From assembly GCA_963718525.1 (NCBI GenBank), contig OY970355.1, positions 1,408,001 through 1,472,000 of the forward strand: a stretch of DNA of 64,000 bases, written 5' to 3'. The DNA is from Candidatus Dormiibacterota bacterium. Its GTDB lineage: Bacteria > Chloroflexota > Dormibacteria > Aeolococcales > Aeolococcaceae. The notes beneath the pieces were generated by a model. That model did no database searches and was not told where the DNA came from. It worked only from the letters and a program-made list of their open reading frames with translations. A program made the translations under genes and the position numbers. This document shows, one piece after another, positions 58,828-64,000 of this stretch. Positions within the stretch are counted from its first letter, which is position 1. Every line of letters starts with the position of its first letter.

Positions 58828-59586
58828 CTACTGTCCGAGTTTGCGCCGTTCCTCGTAGAGGGCTGCGTCGGCCCTCGCGATCACCGCTTCGGCGGTGTCC
58901 GCGTCGCCGACGGTGGTCATCCCGACGCTCACCGAATGACCCGTGCTCGCGGCGTACTGGCGACGGATGTCCGCGAGCGTGCGCTCGGCGTCTTCGGGCG
59001 CAACGTCGACGAGGGCGCAGAGGAACTCGTCCCCGCCATACCGGATGACCAGGTCGTACGAGCGGACACGTTTGCGGATTGCCTCGACGACCTCGACGAG
59101 GACGCGGTCACCGGCGGCATGACCCTGGGTGTCGTTAACGTGCTTGAGGCTGTCGACGTCGAGAAAAATGACCGCGATCCCCTTGCCGCCGACCCGGCGG
59201 GACCTGTCGATCTCGCGTTGCAGGGCGGCCAGGCCGGCACTTCGACGCAGTGCCCCGGTGAGGTCGTCTGTGGCCGCGACTTCGATCAGCTTGTGCGTGT
59301 ATGACGCCATGGCGCGTAAGCGGTCGAGCGCAGCACGAAGCTGTGCGGGATCAAGTGGCGCCAGCGCCTCGGGCTTGAGCCCCAGCGCGGTCGCCAGCAC
59401 CTTGCGCGTGACTTCGACCGAGAGACGCCGGCTGTTCCTGAGCTCCGGTTGCTGGGTCCATCCCACGAAATCGCGGGTCGGGGTCTCGGGAATGACGGCC
59501 TCCGTCCGGGCCGCGAGCGCGGGAACAGGTGCCTTCGAGAATGGACGCTCGGAGGCTGGAGCCGTCTCCCCGATCTGTGCCATCAC
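58828..59586 (-). CDS. Diguanylate cyclase (GGDEF)
   Basis: TDDLTG, DVDSLK.VND..GH..GD, I-site RSYD, RYGGDEF, ADAALY. Confidence 0.93.
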   Translation of the reverse strand: MMAQIGETAPASERPFSKAPVPALAARTEAVIPETPTRDFVGWTQQPELRNSRRLSVEVTRKVLATALGLKPEALAPLDPAQLRAALDRLRAMASYTHKLIEVAATDDLTGALRRSAGLAALQREIDRSRRVGGKGIAVIFLDVDSLKHVNDTQGHAAGDRVLVEVVEAIRKRVRSYDLVIRYGGDEFLCALVDVAPEDAERTLADIRRQYAASTGHSVSVGMTTVGDADTAEAVIARADAALYEERRKLGQ

Positions 59587-59631
59587 TTCCCTAACGGATC
59601 GGATACGCCGGTGGGTTCCGTCACTGCCAGA

Positions 59632-60384
59632 TTACATACCCAGATATGCCCTCTGGATATCGGGGGATGCGATCAGGTCGCCCGACGGCCCTGAGAGTGC
59701 GACCGAACCGGTTTCCAGCACGTAGCCGCGCACGGCCGTCTTGAGCGCGAGGAGCGCGTTCTGCTCTATCAGCAGGATGGTCGTTCCTTTGGAGTTGATC
59801 TCCCGAATGACGTCGAAGATCGCATCGACGAGGATGGGTGCGAGGCCGAGCGAAGGCTCGTCGAGCATCAGCACCTTCGGATTGCTCATCAGCGCGCGAC
59901 CGATCGCCACCATCTGCTGCTCGCCGCCGCTCAGGCTGCCGGCGAGCTGTGCGGCGCGCTCACGAAGTCTGGGAAACAGTGTGAAGACGCGCTCGAGGTC
60001 GGTCCGCATGCCCGCCCGATCGCTGCGAGTGTACGCGCCCATGTCGAGGTTTTCGCGAACCGTCATGCGCGGGAAGAGCCGCCGTCCCTCCGGCGCATGT
60101 CCCACGCCGAGACGCGCGATCTTCTCGGCTCCGAGACCACGAGTTGGTTTGCCGAACAGGCGCACCTCGCCACTCCTCGGTCCGATGAGGCCACTGATCG
60201 TGCGCAGTGTGGTCGTCTTGCCCGCGCCGTTACTGCCGATGAGTGCGACGATCTCGCCTTCGCGAACCTCCATCGAGACCTTGCGCAACGCGTTGACGCG
60301 ACCGTAAAAGACGTCGATCTCGCGCAGTTCGATGACCAACGTCCCCGCGGCGGCCGCCGGCCCTGCCGTGCCGAGCTGACTCAC
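59632..60384 (-). CDS. livF: Branched-chain amino acid ABC transporter ATPase
   Basis: GSNGAGKTT, PEGRRLF, LSGGEQQM, LDEPSLGLAP, EQN. Confidence 0.95.
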   Translation of the reverse strand: MSQLGTAGPAAAAGTLVIELREIDVFYGRVNALRKVSMEVREGEIVALIGSNGAGKTTTLRTISGLIGPRSGEVRLFGKPTRGLGAEKIARLGVGHAPEGRRLFPRMTVRENLDMGAYTRSDRAGMRTDLERVFTLFPRLRERAAQLAGSLSGGEQQMVAIGRALMSNPKVLMLDEPSLGLAPILVDAIFDVIREINSKGTTILLIEQNALLALKTAVRGYVLETGSVALSGPSGDLIASPDIQRAYLGM

Positions 60385-61163
60385 GCTGTGCGCATCTCGT
60401 CGTTCGCACCGGTGCCAAGGTACGCCTCGATGACGCGAGGGTCCTTCCGGACGTCCGCGGGACTGCCCTCGGCGATCTTCTCGCCGTGATCCAGGACGAC
60501 GATGCGATCGCTCACCTCCATGACGAGGCGCATATCGTGCTCGATGAGAAATATCGTGAGACCCTCGTCGCGAAGCCGGGAGATGAGTTGCATCAACTCC
60601 CGCTTCTCCTGCGTGTTGAGACCGGCAGCCGGCTCGTCGAGCAGCAGCAGACGCGGCTGGGTGGCCAACGCGCGGGCGATCTCCAGGCGACGTTGCAATC
60701 CGTATGGCATCTCCCGGGCGTAGGAACCGGCGTACCGTGCGAGACCGAGAAGGTCCAGGAGGTGAAGCGCCCGCTCTTCGACGGATCGCTCCTCCCGGCG
60801 GGCGCGGCGCGTTTTGAAGGCACCATCCCACACGCGCTCTTTCATCCACCAGTGCGCACCGACCATCACATTGTCCACCGCGGTCATGAACGCGAAGAGC
60901 CGGATGTTCTGAAATGTTCTCGCGATTCCCATTTTCGTTATCCGATGGGGTGGGAGACCGGCAATCGAGGCACCGTCCAGCGTGATCGATCCTGAGGTGA
61001 TCGGGAAGAGCCCGGTCACGCAGTTGAAGGCAGTCGTCTTGCCCGCACCGTTGGGACCGATCATCGAGAGGATCTCGCCCTTGTCGAGGCTGAAGCTGAC
61101 GCTCGAGACGGCAAGAAGACCGCCGAATCGCTTGGTCACGGTGTCGAGTTCGAGCAGTGGCAC
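60381..61163 (-). CDS. livG: Branched-chain amino acid ABC transporter ATPase
   Basis: GPNGAGKTT, RTFQNIRLF, YGLQRRLEIAR, LDEPAAG, EHDM, AYLG. Confidence 0.95.
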   Translation of the reverse strand: MPLLELDTVTKRFGGLLAVSSVSFSLDKGEILSMIGPNGAGKTTAFNCVTGLFPITSGSITLDGASIAGLPPHRITKMGIARTFQNIRLFAFMTAVDNVMVGAHWWMKERVWDGAFKTRRARREERSVEERALHLLDLLGLARYAGSYAREMPYGLQRRLEIARALATQPRLLLLDEPAAGLNTQEKRELMQLISRLRDEGLTIFLIEHDMRLVMEVSDRIVVLDHGEKIAEGSPADVRKDPRVIEAYLGTGANDEMRTA

Positions 61164-61164
61164 T

Positions 61165-62733
61165 TCAGGCGATTCCCTGCACGGCGGCGAGTGATTCGGT
61201 TTCCCCCGAACTCTCCAGCTCGATGCGGCGCGCGCGGCTGGGGAGCAGACCTCCCGGGCGTAACAACATCATCAGGATGAGCGCGATTCCGTAGAGCGGG
61301 AATGTGAACGAGCTGAAATCGATGCTCGCCAGTGCCGGAACGTGCACCGTCTGACTGACGGTCGTTGCCCATGCATTCATGTCCGGCAGCACCCAGAAGA
61401 TGACGAAGGTCAGGATGAAGCTGCCGAGGATGACTCCGGTGATGTTGCCGATGCCGCCGAGCACAATGATGCTGAGGACGGCGATGGACACCGAGAAGCT
61501 GAAGTCGTCCGGCGATACGATGCTGACCAGCGAGCCGTAAAAGGCTCCGGCGAGACCACTCACGGAGGCGCCGATCGCGAAGGCCAGCAGCTTGGTGGTC
61601 GTCGTGTTGATTCCGGTGGCGGCGGCGGCGACCTCGTCCTCACGTAACGCGACCCACGCTCGTCCGACCCGTGAGTGTTCGATGTTGCGCAAGAGCACAA
61701 CGACGATGAGGACCACCAGAAGGATGGCCCAGTAATACCAGCGCGGACTTTCGCTGAAATTGAAGGGGCCGAAGTGCGGCTGGTCGATTCCCGATATCCC
61801 GTTCGCGCCCCCCGTGAGATTGAAGGCGTTATTGGTCGCGAGGTCGGGAACGATCTCTCCGAAGCCGAGGGTCACGATCGCGAGATAGTCGCCGCGGAGT
61901 CGTAGTGTCGGCGCTCCGAGGACGGCGCCGAACAGTGACGCGATCCCGGCGCCAAGGAAGATGAGCACCCACAGTGGCAGGTGGATGCCGTGAAAGGGCG
62001 ATGCGAACGACGCGCAGGCGTAGGCGCCGATTGCGAAAAAGGCCGCATAGCCGAGGTCGAGCAGCCCGGCGAAGCCGACCACGACGTTGAGTCCGAGCGC
62101 CAGCAGCATGTATACGGCCAGTGATCCCGCAGCCCAGAGCAGGAAATCAGGGGCCTGGTGAAACATGAGGGGCAGGAAGAGCCCGAAGGGCAACGCCGCA
62201 ACCGCGAATGCCAGCGTCTGACGTCCGACGACCCAGCGACGCGCTCCGTAGACAAGGGCTCCCAACGCGAATCCGTACATGGTCAGCCACACCGCGGAGT
62301 CGGTGTATGTGCCGGGAGTGAAGGATCCGAACAACGGCTCCTCCTGAACGACGCTGTAGAGGAACCACACCACGGTGGTGAGGGCCAGTCCCAGGAGGCC
62401 GGCAACAAGTCGAATCCGGTCCGCCCGGCGGCCGAGGCTCGTTCCTCTGAGGCGAGCGGCCACTTCCGCCAGCGGCGAGAGCAGCAAGATCAGCATGCAG
62501 ACGCCGAGGATGTACATGAGGAAGGTGCCGATCCCGGTCGGAGGCGATACGACCGCGTCCTGTGCGCTGAATCCCACGCCCGCAGAGAAGGGGCCGACGA
62601 ACCACGGCAACAGCCAGCCCATGAGGAGCAGGCCTGAGGCGGTCGAGGCGAGGATCCAGAACACGGTGGTGCCCTGATTCCGCTGCCCGGTGCCGGGATC
62701 GGACCGGAAGAAGGACCTGAGACGATCAAGCAC
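61165..62733 (-). CDS. livM: Branched-chain amino acid ABC transporter permease with N-terminal extension
   Basis: GLNVVVGFAGLLDLGYAAF, LRGDYLAIVTLGFGEI, REDE.AA, LGG.G, RPGG. Confidence 0.93.
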   Translation of the reverse strand: MLDRLRSFFRSDPGTGQRNQGTTVFWILASTASGLLLMGWLLPWFVGPFSAGVGFSAQDAVVSPPTGIGTFLMYILGVCMLILLLSPLAEVAARLRGTSLGRRADRIRLVAGLLGLALTTVVWFLYSVVQEEPLFGSFTPGTYTDSAVWLTMYGFALGALVYGARRWVVGRQTLAFAVAALPFGLFLPLMFHQAPDFLLWAAGSLAVYMLLALGLNVVVGFAGLLDLGYAAFFAIGAYACASFASPFHGIHLPLWVLIFLGAGIASLFGAVLGAPTLRLRGDYLAIVTLGFGEIVPDLATNNAFNLTGGANGISGIDQPHFGPFNFSESPRWYYWAILLVVLIVVVLLRNIEHSRVGRAWVALREDEVAAAATGINTTTTKLLAFAIGASVSGLAGAFYGSLVSIVSPDDFSFSVSIAVLSIIVLGGIGNITGVILGSFILTFVIFWVLPDMNAWATTVSQTVHVPALASIDFSSFTFPLYGIALILMMLLRPGGLLPSRARRIELESSGETESLAAVQGIA

Positions 62734-63898
62734 GAGTGGTCACCTCGACCCCGAAGAGCCCCACAGGGCGGAAGGTGAGGATGAGGACCAGGATCGCGAA
62801 GATCAGTGCTTCACTCCATTCTCCGCCGAGGAGCGACCCGCCGAAGACGTAGATGATGCCGATGAGGAAACCGCCGATGCCGGCGCCGACGATGTTGCCG
62901 ATGCCACCGAGCACCGCCGCGGTGAACGCGATGATGCCGAGGTGAAAGCCGACGTTCCATTTGAGATCGCCGTACTCGATGCTGTAGATCACCGCGGCAG
63001 CCGCAGCAAGCGCGGAGCCGATGAAGAAAGTCGCCGAGATGGTGCGATTGATGTTGATGCCGCAGAGCAAAGCAGCCGTGCGGTCCTGCGCGGTGGAGCG
63101 CATCGCCTTCCCGAGTCGTGTGCGCCGCACGAAGGCGCCGAGGGCGAACATGAGCAGCAGCGCTGAGCCCACCACAAAGATATCCGTGTAGCCGACACTC
63201 ACCCCACCGATCGCGAATGCCTGACCATTGATCCACGACGCCATCTTTGTGGGGACATTGTCCGGGCCTTCGCGGACCAGCATGACGCCCTCGATCAGGA
63301 ACGAGACGCCGATGGCCGTGATCAACGGAGCAAGCCTGGGAGCGTCACGAAGCCGCCGGTAGGCCACGAACTCGATCGCCACCCCGGTCAATCCGGCCGC
63401 GAGCATGGACAGCGGAAAGATGATGGCCAGAGCCAGCAGGAGACCCCCAAAGTTATGGGTCGCCAGCGAATCGAGGTGCAACCTGTCGGCGATGAAGATC
63501 GCGTAGAACCCGGAGACCGTGAACACGTCGCCGTGAGCGAAGTTGATCAGCTCGATGATGCCGTACACCATGGTGTAACCGACAGCGACGAGCGCGTAGA
63601 TCGCTCCCAGGACGAGCGCGTTGTCGATCTGGTGACCCATGAGCGTTGCGCCGCCCTGGAAATACGTTCCCACGATCGACGCCACGATCACGAGCAGCAG
63701 CAGAAGCGCGAAATTGTGGGAGATCCATGCATAGGCGATGCGGAACGACGGCCCGATTGCCCGTGCGATATTGCCCGCTTCGAGCGAACGCGGTGCCAGT
63801 CCCGCCTGATCCACAAGCGTGGAGGTCAGAGGTTGCCCGGTGGCACCACGTGCCGTTGGCGTCAGACGTGCGTCAGGTGTCCCGCTTGGGTCGCTCAT
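62726..63898 (-). CDS. livH: Branched-chain amino acid ABC transporter permease
   Basis: YALVAVGYTMVYGIIELINFAHG, GKAMRS, AAVLGGIG, RPVGLFG. Confidence 0.94.
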   Translation of the reverse strand: MSDPSGTPDARLTPTARGATGQPLTSTLVDQAGLAPRSLEAGNIARAIGPSFRIAYAWISHNFALLLLLVIVASIVGTYFQGGATLMGHQIDNALVLGAIYALVAVGYTMVYGIIELINFAHGDVFTVSGFYAIFIADRLHLDSLATHNFGGLLLALAIIFPLSMLAAGLTGVAIEFVAYRRLRDAPRLAPLITAIGVSFLIEGVMLVREGPDNVPTKMASWINGQAFAIGGVSVGYTDIFVVGSALLLMFALGAFVRRTRLGKAMRSTAQDRTAALLCGININRTISATFFIGSALAAAAAVIYSIEYGDLKWNVGFHLGIIAFTAAVLGGIGNIVGAGIGGFLIGIIYVFGGSLLGGEWSEALIFAILVLILTFRPVGLFGVEVTTRA

Positions 63899-63923
63899 CT
63901 TTGTCCCCCGGCACGAAAACACG

Positions 63924-63955
63924 AAAAGGGGGAGAGCGCTCGGCGCTCTCCCCCT
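63924..63955 (-). terminator. Hairpin with U-tract upstream of livH (terminator or stabiliser after the presumed livK)
   Basis: Minus strand GGGGGAGAGCGC-CGA-GCGCTCTCCCCC followed by TTTT. Confidence 0.7.
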
Positions 63956-64000
63956 GATCGTTACATGTCGTCGATCAGCTCTTCAAGGTGACGTTGCCGC

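Noticed and set aside
63961-64000. 3' end of a presumed livK gene
   Set aside because: Only 40 nt are visible and two frames are possible, so it cannot be supported.

Overview
GC-rich bacterial chromosomal window, mostly housekeeping genes. The sortase, leaderless-type gene starts and secreted proteins with PxRxxDTR repeats suggest a monoderm soil lineage such as Ca. Dormibacterota/Chloroflexota or Actinomycetota (inference only). Gene order: etfA with a hybrid histidine kinase and OmpR regulator; CYTH; LysM-CHAP; asparaginase II; MaoC/acyl-CoA dehydrogenase/SDR; cold-shock protein; K+-independent H+-PPase and VIT1; Mrp; HD dNTPase-like protein; two large secreted proteins; ATP-dependent ligase; dCMP deaminase; a CAT-anticodon tRNA; phosphoesterase; 5'-3' exonuclease; an unusual kdp locus; RNase HII; HMG-CoA lyase and carboxyltransferase; sortase; metK-manC-manB-cupin; NfeD-flotillin-TelA; GGDEF; livHMGF. 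Two signals stand out. (1) Two ~120-nt palindromic elements in inverted orientation bracket the CYTH gene. Each has its own perfect 23-25 bp terminal stem, and they share a 72-nt core (61/72 identical, with compensatory changes). (2) KdpD is spread over three genes, one a tandem (KdpD-Usp)x2 protein with a degenerate second P-loop, and the locus has extra small peptides. Three genes carry single-base frameshifts that look like sequencing errors. No integrase, transposase, CRISPR array or rRNA was seen. All family calls come from motif recognition by eye, not database searches.
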